Notes under the pieces: generated by a model | The model's database searches: none | The model's input: the letters and a program-made list of their open reading frames with translations, nothing else | Told to the model about the DNA's origin: nothing | Assembly (NCBI RefSeq): GCF_023273875.1 | Contig: NZ_CP096882.1 | Span: forward strand, 1,209,495-1,241,494 | Direction: 5' to 3' | DNA: 32,000 nucleotides | DNA from: Pseudarthrobacter sp. SSS035 | Lineage (GTDB): Bacteria > Actinomycetota > Actinomycetes > Actinomycetales > Micrococcaceae | Translations under genes and position numbers: made by a program | Shown here: positions 8,060 through 17,966 of the stretch, piece by piece | How the letters are laid out: each line of letters begins with the position of its first letter | Numbering within the stretch: position 1 is the stretch's first letter

Positions 8060-8069
8060 GCGGATGGGC

Positions 8070-8098
8070 CGGCGTCCAGAGCGCCGCTCTTTATCGTT
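8070..8098 (+). terminator. Weak candidate intrinsic terminator after hypC
   Basis: A 5-bp GC stem (CGGCG 8070-8074 / CGCCG 8082-8086) with a 7-nt loop, followed by CTCTTTATCGTT. The stem is short, so confidence is low. Confidence 0.25.
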
Positions 8099-8108
8099 CG
8101 AAGGCGAC

Positions 8109-8882
8109 TTAGCGTTCGAGGGCGATGGCGGCGCCGCGATGCTCCACGCCGCTGTTGGCGATCTTGAGGTGCCTGCCGGTGAAGAGCTTGAGTTGCTGCA
8201 GCTGGTGGGGTGTCAGCCGGTCACAGACCCAGTCCCAGTGGAGCGAAACCACGTCACCGGCCGCCAGCCCGGCAATGAAGCCGGTTCCGTTCACGGCATA
8301 CTTGGCGGTCTCCACCACGGGCTCCCCCACCGCCAGGGATATGCCATCCCAGGTCAGGGGCCGCGATTTCACCACGGCTTCGTCCCCGGTGATGGCGAGG
8401 ACCTCACCCCACCGGATCCGGCAGCGGTCCAGGACGTTCAGTGCGGTGGCATACCGGCGGTCATCTCGCAGCAGGCCCAGCCAGGGATAGATTTCGAAGA
8501 CGTGGAAGCTGTGGTGCGGGACGCCGCCGGCGAGGACGCCTTCCACGAGGTGCGGAAACTGCCGGCCGGTGCGTGCCCGGAACCGGTCTTCCATCGAGTT
8601 GCCCATGGTGCTGATGCCCACGGTGTCCAGGAGGCTGTTGCCCACCCAGTACGCCTCCACCACGCGGGCGTCGAGCGGATCGTGGATGCCGTGGGAACCG
8701 GCAATCAGTTCCAGGTAGGGAAAGGCGCCGGCAAAGCCCTTCGCGAGTTCCCGCAGGCCTTGGTCCGTGACTCCGGACTGGCCGTAGTGCAGGAGGGCGT
8801 CACTGTCGGGAGGGCCGCAACTGCCTCGGGAATTGGGCGGGTACGCGTACCGGACAAACAACTGGGCACCATCGACAACCAT
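8109..8882 (-). CDS. Conserved hypothetical protein (I recall the label DUF6390, unverified), convergent on the hydrogenase operon
   Basis: ATG with a strong GGAGAAGGTGG RBS upstream. 257 aa: MVVDGAQLFVRYAYPPNSRGSCGPPDS.... Composition looks like a real gene. The 329-aa + strand ORF 8064-9053 is its antisense shadow. Confidence 0.75.
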   Translation of the reverse strand: MVVDGAQLFVRYAYPPNSRGSCGPPDSDALLHYGQSGVTDQGLRELAKGFAGAFPYLELIAGSHGIHDPLDARVVEAYWVGNSLLDTVGISTMGNSMEDRFRARTGRQFPHLVEGVLAGGVPHHSFHVFEIYPWLGLLRDDRRYATALNVLDRCRIRWGEVLAITGDEAVVKSRPLTWDGISLAVGEPVVETAKYAVNGTGFIAGLAAGDVVSLHWDWVCDRLTPHQLQQLKLFTGRHLKIANSGVEHRGAAIALER

Positions 8883-9034
8883 GGCGTGGCCACCTTCTCC
8901 GCAGGTCTTTTGAACGTAGCACCGCAGTCGGCCCCGGACAAGAGTGGGTTAGCGGCCGCGGAACCACAAGAATCCATCGGCAGCCTCCGCCCACGTACGG
9001 ACGCTGCGCCAACCGAAAGCAGGGGTCACGCACC

Positions 9035-10189
9035 ATGGCAACCACTGATCTGAACCGCCGCGCTGCCCTTCAACTTCTGGTGGCGGGAGGCTCTGCCGCC
9101 CTGCTGGCCGGATGCGCCGGCACCGCTGGTTCCCCGCCGTCGTCGGGCCCTGCAACGAACGGCGGGAACGGTGGCAGCGGCGCGATCAGCATCACCGATC
9201 AGCGCGGCAAAACCCTTACCTTCGCCCGGCCCGTGACCCGGGTGGTGACCATCCCCATGCCGGCGGCGTCTCTGCTGGTGGCGGTGGACCGCACGGCTGA
9301 CCATCTCGCCGCCATGCACAACGCCTCTTGGGTGGCCATGCGCGACGGCATCATGGGCACCATCTTTCCCAAGGCCCTGGAGCTGCCGCACGAGATCGCC
9401 ACCCAGGACTTCACGGCCAACGTGGAGAGCGTGCGGGCCCTGGACCCGGACGTGGTGATCCAGTGGTCCGACGCCCAGCTCATCGACCCGCTGGAAAAGG
9501 CCGGCCTGAACGTCATCGGGCTGACCAACAACGGCAAGCAGGAGGACGTAGATGCGTGGGTGGCCATGTTCGCCGCGATGCTGGGGAAGCCCGAACGCGC
9601 CGCGGATATCAAGACCCGCAGCGACCTGGAACTTGCCGCCGTCAAGAAGCTGGCGGCCGGCCGCAATTCCGCCGGGCCCAGCATCCTGTACTTCAACCGG
9701 TTCACCGGCGGCCTGAAGGTGGCTGCCGCCAATAGCTACAACGATTTCTACATCAAGCTTGTGGGCGGCACAAATCCCGCCACCGGGCCTGACCCGCTGC
9801 AGGGCTCGGGGATGGTGGGCCTGGACGTGGAGCAGGTGCTGCGGTGGGATCCCGAGATCATCCTGCTGGGAAATTTCGACGCCGCTATGCCCCAGGATCT
9901 CTACTCCGACCCCGTCTGGCAGACCGTGTCCGCGGTAAAGAACCGGCGCGTGTACAAGGTGCCGCTGGGTGGATACCGGTGGGATCCCCCCGGGCAGGAA
10001 TCACCGCTGATGTGGCACTGGCTCAGCGACATCGCCTTCCCGCAGCAGCGCTCCCTTCTCCGGAACAAAGTCACCGAGTACTTCGATTTCCTGTACAGCC
10101 ACAAGCCGACGGCGGCGGAACTGGACAAGGTCCTGTGGACTGCGGCCAACGCCGACTCTGACCACTACCGGCAGTTCAATGCTGCATGA
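9035..10189 (+). CDS. ABC transporter substrate-binding lipoprotein, TroA/FecB/BtuF-like (metal-chelate, type II importer class)
   Basis: The N-terminus (NRRAALQLLVAGGSAALLAGCAG) has a twin-arginine motif plus a lipobox Cys. The body resembles periplasmic-binding-protein family 2 (iron-siderophore/cobalamin type). It is followed by a FecCD permease and an ATPase. Confidence 0.8.
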   Translation: MATTDLNRRAALQLLVAGGSAALLAGCAGTAGSPPSSGPATNGGNGGSGAISITDQRGKTLTFARPVTRVVTIPMPAASLLVAVDRTADHLAAMHNASWVAMRDGIMGTIFPKALELPHEIATQDFTANVESVRALDPDVVIQWSDAQLIDPLEKAGLNVIGLTNNGKQEDVDAWVAMFAAMLGKPERAADIKTRSDLELAAVKKLAAGRNSAGPSILYFNRFTGGLKVAAANSYNDFYIKLVGGTNPATGPDPLQGSGMVGLDVEQVLRWDPEIILLGNFDAAMPQDLYSDPVWQTVSAVKNRRVYKVPLGGYRWDPPGQESPLMWHWLSDIAFPQQRSLLRNKVTEYFDFLYSHKPTAAELDKVLWTAANADSDHYRQFNAA

Positions 10190-11315
10190 CGCCAGCGACG
10201 AACGGCTTGAGGCCAGCCGCGCCCGTGCGCCCGGAGAGCCGGACACCGAATCCGCCGGGTCTTACGACGACCGGGACCGTGCGCGGGACGGGCCGCCTGG
10301 ACCATCGGCCCTGAAGCCCATCGCCATCAGCACCATGTTCCTGGTCGCCGTGACCTTGGTGGCCCTGGCCGTGGGCCGCTACAACGTTCCGCTCTGGCAC
10401 GTGGTGCAGATCCTGGTGGGGCAAGTTGTCCCGATCCCCTCCGAGGCCACCGCCACGGAGGAGAATGTGGTGCTCCTGGTCAGGTTGCCGCGCGTGCTGC
10501 TGGCGCTGCTGGTGGGCGGCGGACTGGCGATCGGCGGCGCCGCGCTGCAGGCCATCTTCCACAATCCGCTGGTCAGCCCGGACATCATCGGTGTTTCCGC
10601 GGGCGCATCCTTCGGCGGCTCGCTGGCCATACTCCTGGGGCTGGGGACGTTCGCGCTGATCACCAGTTCCTTCACTTTCGGACTGGTTGCCCTGGCCATG
10701 CTGTTCCTCATCACCTCGGGGCGCGGCGGGACTCCCCTGCTGATGATCGTGCTGGGCGGCGTGGTCACGGGATCGTTCTTCTCCGCGCTGGTAGCCCTGG
10801 TCACCTACATCGCGGATCCCAACACCACGTTGCCGGCCATCGTGTTCTGGCTTCTGGGGAGCGTAGCCACCGCCACCTTCGCCAAGGTGGGAGTGGCGCT
10901 GATTCCCGTGGTCGGGGGCGCCTTGGTGCTCCTGGCATTGCGGTGGCGCATCAACGTGCTCTCGCTGGGCGACGACGACGCCGCCGCGCTGGGGATCCGG
11001 CCGCGGCCGCTGCGGTGGGTGGTCCTCGTTTCGGTGGCACTGATCGTGGCCGGGGCGGTTGCCGTCAGCGGAGCAGTCAGCTGGGTGGGCCTGGTGGTCC
11101 CGCACCTGGCAAGGATGTGGGTGGGACCGGACCATCGGGTCCTGCTGCCGGTGTCCTTCCTCCTGGGCGGCGCGTACATCATGCTCGTGGACACCGTGGC
11201 ACGCACCGCGACGGCGGGCGAGATCCCGCTCGGTGTGCTGACGGCGCTGATCGGCGCGCCCGTGTTTTTTGTGCTGCTGCGCCGGAACCGGGACAGGATC
11301 TGGGAAAGTGCTTGA
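10179..11315 (+). CDS. FecCD/BtuC-family ABC permease
   Basis: Multi-pass hydrophobic protein with typical FecCD segments (LLVGGGLAIGGAALQAIFHNPLVSPDIIGVS, LGDDDAAALGIRP, GAVSWVGLVVPHLAR, PLGVLTALIGAPVFFVLL). The start is uncertain: ATG 10179 overlaps the upstream gene by 11 nt and adds a 52-aa charged N-terminus, and ATG 10335 is an alternative. Confidence 0.85.
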   Translation: MLHDASDERLEASRARAPGEPDTESAGSYDDRDRARDGPPGPSALKPIAISTMFLVAVTLVALAVGRYNVPLWHVVQILVGQVVPIPSEATATEENVVLLVRLPRVLLALLVGGGLAIGGAALQAIFHNPLVSPDIIGVSAGASFGGSLAILLGLGTFALITSSFTFGLVALAMLFLITSGRGGTPLLMIVLGGVVTGSFFSALVALVTYIADPNTTLPAIVFWLLGSVATATFAKVGVALIPVVGGALVLLALRWRINVLSLGDDDAAALGIRPRPLRWVVLVSVALIVAGAVAVSGAVSWVGLVVPHLARMWVGPDHRVLLPVSFLLGGAYIMLVDTVARTATAGEIPLGVLTALIGAPVFFVLLRRNRDRIWESA

Positions 11316-12051
11316 GCTCAACGGTGTGGGCTTCGGCTACGGCCGGGCGGGCTGGGTCTTCCGGGACGTCAGCTTCCAGGTCCTGCCGGGAACCGCCACC
11401 GCAGTCCTGGGTCCCAACGGCAGCGGCAAGACCACGCTGGTGCGCTGCGCCGCCGGGCTGCTGAACCCCGTGGAGGGAAGCGTCACCCGGGCGGCCAGGG
11501 CCGGCTACGTCCCGCAGGCCCATGGCAGTACCTTCGCCTACCGGGCCCTCGATATGGTGCTGATGGGACGAGCCCGGCAGATCGGTCTCTTCCGGTCGCC
11601 CGGCGCCGCGGACCGGGCTGCTTCCCTGGAGGCCATGGACAGGGTGGGCATCGCCGGCCTCAGCAGCAGGTTCTTCCCCACCCTCAGCGGCGGCGAGCAA
11701 CAGCTTGTCCTGATCGCCCGTGCCATCGCCGCCGGCTGCCCCGTCCTGGTGCTGGACGAGCCCGCCACCGGCCTGGACCTGAAGAACCAGGTCCGCGTCC
11801 TGCGGCTGCTGCGCGAACTCATGACGGACGGCATGGCGGTGCTCCTTAGCACGCACCATCCGGACCACGCCCTGTATCTTGCCGACCGGGCCGTTCTGCT
11901 CACTGCCAGCGGACCGCGGACCGGTGATGCTTTGCAGCTCCTGAGCGAGAAGGAACTCACTGCTCTGTACGGCGTGGGCGTCAGCACAATGGCATACGCC
12001 GACGGCCGCAACACCCGCCGGAGCGTAGTAGTGCACTACGGCGGCGAGTGA
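11308..12051 (+). CDS. ABC transporter ATP-binding protein (FecE/FhuC/BtuD-like)
   Basis: Walker [10 protein letters not shown], signature LSGGEQQ, Walker B VLVLDEP. GTG 11308 has AGGA 9 nt upstream and overlaps the permease stop. The tracked start at 11269 would add a Cys/Gly-rich extension. Confidence 0.9.
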   Translation: MLELNGVGFGYGRAGWVFRDVSFQVLPGTATAVLGPNGSGKTTLVRCAAGLLNPVEGSVTRAARAGYVPQAHGSTFAYRALDMVLMGRARQIGLFRSPGAADRAASLEAMDRVGIAGLSSRFFPTLSGGEQQLVLIARAIAAGCPVLVLDEPATGLDLKNQVRVLRLLRELMTDGMAVLLSTHHPDHALYLADRAVLLTASGPRTGDALQLLSEKELTALYGVGVSTMAYADGRNTRRSVVVHYGGE

Positions 12052-12073
12052 GTGAGCGTCCGAGGGGGTGGGG

Positions 12074-14896
12074 TTAGCCCGTGTTGCGCAGGCCGGCCGC
12101 CACCCCGTTGACCGTGATCAGCATGGCCCGCTGGAGGCGTTCGTCGATCTCGGCTCCGCTGATGCTCCCGCTTTCGGCGTTCTGGGCAGCCCGCACGCGG
12201 CGAAGCAACTCCACCTGCAGGTAGCTGATGGGGTCCAGGTACTGGTCCCGGATCTCCAGCGACCGCTTGAGCGTCGGCTGCGCGTCCAGGAGCACGTTCT
12301 CGCCCGTCAGGTTCTGGATCTCGGTGACCGTGAGTTCGTACTCTTCACGGATGGCCCGGAAAATGTGGTGCAGGTCCTCGGGAACCAGGGTGGCCACGTA
12401 GTACCCGGCGATGTCCATGTCCGTCTTGGCCAGCGTCATCTCCACGTTGGAGATGACCGACCGGAAGAAGTGCCAGTTCTCCATCATCTCCACCAGCTGC
12501 GCGGAGTTTCCGGCCTCGCGGGCAGCCTTCAGGCCCGAGCCCACACCGAACCAGCCCGGGACGATCTGCCGGGACTGGGTCCAGCCGAACACCCAGGGGA
12601 TGGCACGCAGGCCGCCAAGCCCCGCCCCGGAATCCGGGCGTTTGGACGGGCGTGAGCCGATGTTCAGCGAGCCCAACTGCTCCACCGGTGTGGAGGCCAG
12701 GAAGTACGCGGGCAGGTCAGGATGGTCGATCAGATTCCGGTACCGGTCGAAGGCGCCGTCGGAGATGATTTCCATAACGTGCCCGTACCGTTCGCGCTGG
12801 TCGTCCGACGTGCGCGGATCCCTGTGCAGGGCCGAGCCCTGGAGCACTGCCGCGAGGGACAGCTCCAGGTTTTCCCGGGCCAGCTCCGGCAGCGAGTACT
12901 TGTCCGAGATGACCTCGCCCTGCTCAGTGAACTTAATCTCGCCTTCCAGCACGCCGTTGGGCTGGGCCATGATGGCGTCGTAGGTGGGTCCGCCGCCGCG
13001 GCCCACGGAACCGCCGCGGCCGTGGAACAACCGGACACGGACGCCATGCTTGGCCGCAACGTCGCGCAGGTTGCGCTGGGTCTTGTGGATCTCCCACTGG
13101 CTTGTCATCACGCCGGATTCCTTGTTGGAGTCCGAGTAGCCCAGCATGATTTCCTGGACGTCGCCGCGCAACCGGACCAAGTCGCGGTAGGACGGAACAG
13201 ACAGCAGCTGGTCCACGATCTCCGCCGAGGCACGCAGTTCCTCCACGGTCTCCAGCAAGGGCGCGAACCCGATCTTGGCGTAGGGGGCGTCGCCGAACAG
13301 GTTGATCAGGCCTGCCTCGCGGGCCAGCACGGCCGCGGCCAGGACGTCGTCCGCGCCGCGGGTCATGGAAATGATGTAGGTCTCGATGACGTCCGGACCG
13401 TACGTGCGCAGGGCACGGCGGATCTCACGGAAGACGTCGTACGTGCCGTCAGCGACGCCGTCGAGCTTAATCGGGTGACCGGACAGCGGCCGGCGTGAGG
13501 CGAGCTCCAAGCCGAGCACCTCGAAGCGTTCCTCGCGGCTCAGTTCGGCATAGCGGATGCCGGGGCCGCCCAGCCGGTCCATCAGCTGGCCAACGGCGTC
13601 GTGGTGGTGGTCGGCGTGCTCACGGATGTCCAGGGTGGCCAGGTGCAGGCCGAAGGACGCGACGGCGCGGCGGACACGGGCCAGGGCGCCGTCGGCAGCG
13701 AGCGACGCGGAGTGGTTGCGGAGGGACAGCTCCAGCAGTTCGAGGTCGTTGAGGAGTTCCTCGGTGGAGCTGTAGTCACGGCCGTGCTCATGGGTGGAGT
13801 CCGCGGCAACCCGCTTGCCCGTGTTGATGAGCTTGGCCTTGATGCACGTGAGCTTCAGGCGGTACGGCTCCTGGGCGTTGAGCTCCAGGACACGCCGGTC
13901 CAGGCCCGGCAGCTTCTTCAGGTCCGCGTCGATGGAGTCCAGCAGGGTCTGGTCCGCGCCGGACAAGGCGGTGGAGTTGGACAGGATGGAGATCAGCTCG
14001 TCCATCATCGCGATGCTGATGCGGACGGCGTGCTGGTTCTGGATCTGCAGAATTTCCCGGGTGACCGCCGCAGTGACGTTGGGATTGCCGTCCCGGTCGC
14101 CGCCGATCCAGGACCCAAACCGGATGGGTGCGTCCTGGGACGAAAGGCTGACCCCGTGCTCGCCGAGCAGTTCCGAGAAATCCGAGAGCATCTCGGGCAT
14201 GGCGTCCGTCAGGATGCCGCCGAGGTAGTAGATCGCGTTGCGGGCCTCGTCCACAGGGGTGGGGCGTACCTGGCGCAGTTCGTCGGTCTGCCACATCTGG
14301 TCGATGACCTCCGAAAGCTGGCGGTCCTGGCGGCGGCGCGCGGTGGTGCCTTCTTTCGTGGGCTCGGCCAGGACATCGGAGAGCTTGCGGATCTTGTCCA
14401 GCACGGAACGGCGCGAGGCTTCGGTGGGGTGGGCGGTGAAGATGGGGCGGACGTCCAGCCCGTTGACCACTTCCTGCAGGACTTCGGGCCCCGCCTTAGC
14501 GGCGATTTCGGTGACGGCCTTGGCCAGCCACCCGTCCTTCTCCTGCCGGGTCCGCAGGCCGCGGACCCGATGGACCTGCTCGGCCGCGTTGGCAAGGTGG
14601 AAGTAGAACGCGAACGCACGCACCAGGTCGGTGGCCTGCTCGATCGGCAGGGAGCCGAGCAGTTCGCGGACCTGTTCGACGACGTCGTGCGCGCTCCATG
14701 GTCCGGTGGCATCGGCACCGCCGCGTGCGGCTTCCTTGGACTCCTTGGTGAGGAGGCGGACCTGCTCCACCAGGGCAAGGAGTTCGGGGCCGTGCTGGCG
14801 GACCAGGGACTCACCCAGCAGCGTGGAGACGCGCCGGACGTCGGCCCTCAGTTCAGAGGCAAGGTCGGTTGAGGAGTTCATTGCAGTGTTAGCCAT
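12074..14896 (-). CDS. ppc: Phosphoenolpyruvate carboxylase
   Basis: About 940 aa with PEPC hallmarks: [30 protein letters not shown], and the canonical C-terminal ...LRNTG. The start is either ATG 14896 (MANTAMNSS...) or GTG 14935. Neither has a strong RBS. Confidence 0.95.
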   Translation of the reverse strand: MANTAMNSSTDLASELRADVRRVSTLLGESLVRQHGPELLALVEQVRLLTKESKEAARGGADATGPWSAHDVVEQVRELLGSLPIEQATDLVRAFAFYFHLANAAEQVHRVRGLRTRQEKDGWLAKAVTEIAAKAGPEVLQEVVNGLDVRPIFTAHPTEASRRSVLDKIRKLSDVLAEPTKEGTTARRRQDRQLSEVIDQMWQTDELRQVRPTPVDEARNAIYYLGGILTDAMPEMLSDFSELLGEHGVSLSSQDAPIRFGSWIGGDRDGNPNVTAAVTREILQIQNQHAVRISIAMMDELISILSNSTALSGADQTLLDSIDADLKKLPGLDRRVLELNAQEPYRLKLTCIKAKLINTGKRVAADSTHEHGRDYSSTEELLNDLELLELSLRNHSASLAADGALARVRRAVASFGLHLATLDIREHADHHHDAVGQLMDRLGGPGIRYAELSREERFEVLGLELASRRPLSGHPIKLDGVADGTYDVFREIRRALRTYGPDVIETYIISMTRGADDVLAAAVLAREAGLINLFGDAPYAKIGFAPLLETVEELRASAEIVDQLLSVPSYRDLVRLRGDVQEIMLGYSDSNKESGVMTSQWEIHKTQRNLRDVAAKHGVRVRLFHGRGGSVGRGGGPTYDAIMAQPNGVLEGEIKFTEQGEVISDKYSLPELARENLELSLAAVLQGSALHRDPRTSDDQRERYGHVMEIISDGAFDRYRNLIDHPDLPAYFLASTPVEQLGSLNIGSRPSKRPDSGAGLGGLRAIPWVFGWTQSRQIVPGWFGVGSGLKAAREAGNSAQLVEMMENWHFFRSVISNVEMTLAKTDMDIAGYYVATLVPEDLHHIFRAIREEYELTVTEIQNLTGENVLLDAQPTLKRSLEIRDQYLDPISYLQVELLRRVRAAQNAESGSISGAEIDERLQRAMLITVNGVAAGLRNTG

Positions 14897-15048
14897 GGAA
14901 ACTGTCTTTCGAGGGTTCGGACTTGGCTCGTACACTGCGCTGGATACTGTGAGCCACGTTACTAGCTATCGATGCTACCTGCACGGGATGGCGAAGGCGG
15001 AATCCGTCTCAGATATTGCGCCGGTCGCCGCCCCTGCCGCGCTGGACT

Positions 15049-15729
15049 TCAGCGGACGATCTTGAAATTGAAATCCGGAGTCCCCAACACCGACCACAGG
15101 CGCAGCCACACCGGGAGCATCATCTCCGCTCCGCGGGCGGTGGTGATGTCTCCGAGGTCAATAATATCGCGGTGGCCCAGCTCCTGCAGGAGCGCCGTCA
15201 CGGTGTTCTTGGCACCGGCGTCGTCGCCGGAGACAAACACCGAGTGGTCCCCGCCGCTCAGCCGTCCGGGGTCAACCATCAGCCCGGCGTTCATGGTGTT
15301 GAGGGTTTTGACCACCCGCGCCTCCGGGAACGCGTGCTGGATCCGTTCGGCATTGCTGTCCGTGTTGACCGGGTTCAGGACCGGCGGCATGCCCTGGGAG
15401 AAGTCGAGCGGGTTGGAAACGTCCACCACAACTTTCCCCGACAGGTTGGCCGAACCCGCGGCACCGAGGGCGCTGAGTGCGCCCGCTCCGTTCGTTGCAT
15501 TGAGTACCAGTTCCGCCCCGGCTGCGGCCTCCGCAAACGTTTCCAGGGCTATGTGCTGGTTGGCTACGTGCCATTCGCTGAAAGGTGGCGTGCCCATGGC
15601 GTCCGGCGCGCTGCGGGCGAGAGTCCCTCCCGGGTCGCGGGTGCCCACCACCACGTCGTGTCCCAGCGCGGACAACGCGCCCGCGAGGGTCCGGCCTGCG
15701 AAACCCGTGCCCAGGACCGCGATTTTCAT
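15049..15729 (-). CDS. NAD(P)-binding oxidoreductase, NADPH-dependent F420 reductase (NpdG)-like family
   Basis: ATG 15729 is preceded by TTGGAGGAACC. The N-terminal sequence MKIAVLGTGFAGRTLAGAL is a Rossmann GxGxxG motif. 226 aa. The tracked ORF extends to 15936 but that part lacks coding character. Confidence 0.75.
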   Translation of the reverse strand: MKIAVLGTGFAGRTLAGALSALGHDVVVGTRDPGGTLARSAPDAMGTPPFSEWHVANQHIALETFAEAAAGAELVLNATNGAGALSALGAAGSANLSGKVVVDVSNPLDFSQGMPPVLNPVNTDSNAERIQHAFPEARVVKTLNTMNAGLMVDPGRLSGGDHSVFVSGDDAGAKNTVTALLQELGHRDIIDLGDITTARGAEMMLPVWLRLWSVLGTPDFNFKIVR

Positions 15730-15855
15730 GGTTCCTCCAAGGTCAGCCGTGGGAGTCCGGAACGAGGTTCCGTCGCCTCCGACGTTACTCTCCGCCGCCT
15801 GCAAGACAAGGTCTGCTGCAGCAACGCGGCGCGAGGTCCGTGGTGGAATGGACAC

Positions 15856-16680
15856 ATGGACACCACCGCAACCGCGCAGCTGGAACGCTGGCAGCGTTTC
15901 CGCACGAACCGGAACAAGGCCCTCGCCACCCGCCACGGCTGGCTGACGCTCACCTCCTTCCAGTGGCTGGAATCCCGACCCACGGCCGTCGACCTCGCCC
16001 CCGGCCTCTGGTCAACGGACGGCACGACGGCGGCGCTCACCGCTGCGGCGCAGGACGGCCTGACGCTGGTGGAAACGGGCGAGCCCGTTGACGGGACCAT
16101 TACCGCCGCCCTCGCCAACGAGGAATCCCTGATGTGGGTGCAGTTCGGCGGCGCGGACGGGCAGCAGGTAGTGGTGGAACTCGCCATGCGCGCGGACCGG
16201 TACGCCATCCGGACCCGCGATTCCGGCTCGCCGGTGCTGACGGAGTTCGACGGCGTGCCGACCTTCGATTACAACCCGGACCTCGTGATTGAGGCCGCCT
16301 ACGAGGCGTATCCGGAACCGGTGGCCGTCCCGATCGGAACGGCCAATCCGTTGGTGGACGGCGTCCATTATTCGGTGGGCGAGGTCGTTTTCCGGCTGCC
16401 GGGCATCGACCACGAGTTCCACCTGCAGGCGGAGGAGGAGAAGCTCGGCGCGCTCACCGTCACGTTCCACGACGAGACCAATGGCGACTCGACTGACGAC
16501 TGGCGGAAGGTTTCCACGGCACGGCCCAGGCCGGATGGCTCCGTGGTTCTGGACTTCAACCGCGCCATCAACTACCCCAGCGCCTTCTCCCCGTTCGGGA
16601 CCTGCCCTATGCCCGTGAAGAACAACAGCATGGACTACCGGATCGAAGCCGGCGAGAAGGACCCGATGCTCACCGACTGA
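15856..16680 (+). CDS. DUF1684-like domain protein
   Basis: ATG 15856 with GGTGGAA upstream. The translation (...RNKALATRHGWLTLTSFQWL...DLVIEAAYE...FHLQAEEE...LDFNRAINYPSAFSPFGTCPMP) fits my memory of the DUF1684 family. The upstream part of tracked ORF 15016-16680 is antisense to the oxidoreductase. Confidence 0.7.
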   Translation: MDTTATAQLERWQRFRTNRNKALATRHGWLTLTSFQWLESRPTAVDLAPGLWSTDGTTAALTAAAQDGLTLVETGEPVDGTITAALANEESLMWVQFGGADGQQVVVELAMRADRYAIRTRDSGSPVLTEFDGVPTFDYNPDLVIEAAYEAYPEPVAVPIGTANPLVDGVHYSVGEVVFRLPGIDHEFHLQAEEEKLGALTVTFHDETNGDSTDDWRKVSTARPRPDGSVVLDFNRAINYPSAFSPFGTCPMPVKNNSMDYRIEAGEKDPMLTD

Positions 16681-16743
16681 GCGCGAACTGGCAAGTAATA
16701 CCCTCAAAGTCGCGTTTTGAGGGTATTACCTGCCAGTTCGCGC
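16681..16743. terminator. Long near-perfect inverted repeat (28-bp arms, 7-nt loop), a candidate bidirectional terminator between convergent genes
   Basis: Left arm GCGCGAACTGGCAAGTAATACCCTCAAA (16681-16708). Right arm TTTGAGGGTATTACCTGCCAGTTCGCGC (16716-16743). There is one mismatch in 28. It starts immediately after the DUF1684 stop and ends 18 nt before the acyl-CoA dehydrogenase stop. Confidence 0.6.
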
Positions 16744-16760
16744 TGCCTGCGGGGCCGGGG

Positions 16761-17966
16761 TCAGACGATCGCGGAGACGCCGGTGACCGCCCGGCCCACA
16801 ATGAGCGTGTTGATTTCGAACGAGCCCTCGTAGGTGTAGATGGCCTCGGCGTCGGCGAAGATCTTGGCCATCCTGTAGTCGGTCACGATGCCGTTGCCGC
16901 CCAGGAGGGACCGGCCCAGCGCCACTGTCTCGCGCATCCGGGCGCTGGTGTAGGACTTGGCGAGGGCCACCTGCGGCATGTCCGCCACGCCGTCGTCCTG
17001 CAGCTGGGCAATGCGCGCCATCATGGCCATGCTGGCTACGGCGTTGCCCAGCATGGTGACCAGCTGCTGCTGGATGAGCTGGAATTTCGCCAGCGGCCGG
17101 CCGAACTGGTGGCGTTCGACGGCGTACTGCCGGGCGACGTCGAACGCCGCCAGCTGCTGCCCAACCGCCTGCCACCCCACCATGATCCGCGAGCCGCGCA
17201 GGAGCTGGTTGGTGTCCTCGAAACTGCTGATGCCGGCGAATCGGTCGGCCTCGGCGACCTGGACATCCTTAAGCACAATGTCCGCGTTCTGCACGGTCCG
17301 GAGCGCAATCTTGTTCTCGATCCGGCTCCGGCTCACGCCCGGCAAGGAAGCATCAACGATGAACCCTCGGACCGTGCCCTGCCCGTTGGCAGCCACGGCC
17401 TCGTCCTTGGCCCAGACGAGCATGTAGTCGCAGAACGTCCCGTTCCCGATCCAGCGCTTGGCGCCGTTGAGCACCCACGCGTCGCCGTCGTCGTCGGGCT
17501 CTCCCGTTGCGCTGGAGATGCGCCGGGCACTCGTTTCCATCCCGCCGGCAACGTCGGAACCGTGGCCGGGTTCGGTGAGCGCGAAGGCGCCCGTGATGCG
17601 CAGGCTTGAGGCGTCCGCAAGCAGCCGCTCTTTCTGGCCGGCCGAACCGAAACCGTAGAGCGACTCCACAAAAAGGTCGTGGTGGACCAGGAAAAATGTG
17701 GCGATCGAGGTGTCCACGCGCGTCATCTCTGCGATGACCAGTCCGGCGAAGAGGTTGCTGTAGCCGCGCTGCGCCGGCGTGCTCAGCTCCAGCGCGGCGA
17801 GCTTGGGCAGGATGTGCGCCGGGAACTCCGCCTTGTTCCACCAGTCCGACGCGTAGGGGGCGATCTCCGTGGCCAGGAACTCCCGCAGCTCGGCCAGTTT
17901 GGCCCGCTCCTTCGAGCTGAGGAGGGACTCGAACGCGAAAAAATCGGCGGTGGGCAACTCCGTCAT
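16761..17966 (-). CDS. Acyl-CoA dehydrogenase (glutaryl-CoA dehydrogenase-like)
   Basis: 401 aa with typical ACAD architecture and motifs ([36 protein letters not shown]). It overlaps the upstream SDR gene by 4 nt. Confidence 0.88.
   Translation of the reverse strand: MTELPTADFFAFESLLSSKERAKLAELREFLATEIAPYASDWWNKAEFPAHILPKLAALELSTPAQRGYSNLFAGLVIAEMTRVDTSIATFFLVHHDLFVESLYGFGSAGQKERLLADASSLRITGAFALTEPGHGSDVAGGMETSARRISSATGEPDDDGDAWVLNGAKRWIGNGTFCDYMLVWAKDEAVAANGQGTVRGFIVDASLPGVSRSRIENKIALRTVQNADIVLKDVQVAEADRFAGISSFEDTNQLLRGSRIMVGWQAVGQQLAAFDVARQYAVERHQFGRPLAKFQLIQQQLVTMLGNAVASMAMMARIAQLQDDGVADMPQVALAKSYTSARMRETVALGRSLLGGNGIVTDYRMAKIFADAEAIYTYEGSFEINTLIVGRAVTGVSAIV

Noticed and set aside
1-8882. 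The hydrogenase cluster as a recently acquired genomic island or mobile element.
   Set aside because: There is no integrase, transposase, flanking tRNA or direct repeat in the window, and no obvious shift in base composition by eye. The left boundary lies outside the window, so this cannot be assessed.
8947-8965. GGTTAGCGGCCGCGGAACC as a possible IdeR-like or other palindromic operator upstream of the first ABC system.
   Set aside because: Only the outer 4 bp and the central GCGGCCGC are symmetric, and only 5 of 9 arm positions pair. It has little resemblance to the iron-box consensus.
8930-9034. Possible cobalamin riboswitch upstream of the BtuF/FecB-like binding protein. AAGAAUCCAUCGGCAGCCUCCGCCCACGUACGG loosely resembles the GAAUCC...GC.G.CCCGCCACUGU core.
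   Set aside because: GCCACUG is not intact. There is no B12 box (AGYCMGGAGACCKGCC-like) and only about 100 nt are available, too short for the full element. An Rfam RF00174 scan would settle it.
14957-14971. TAGC-TATCGAT-GCTA dyad upstream of ppc as a regulator site.
   Set aside because: The arms are only 4 bp, which is expected by chance. There is no supporting context.
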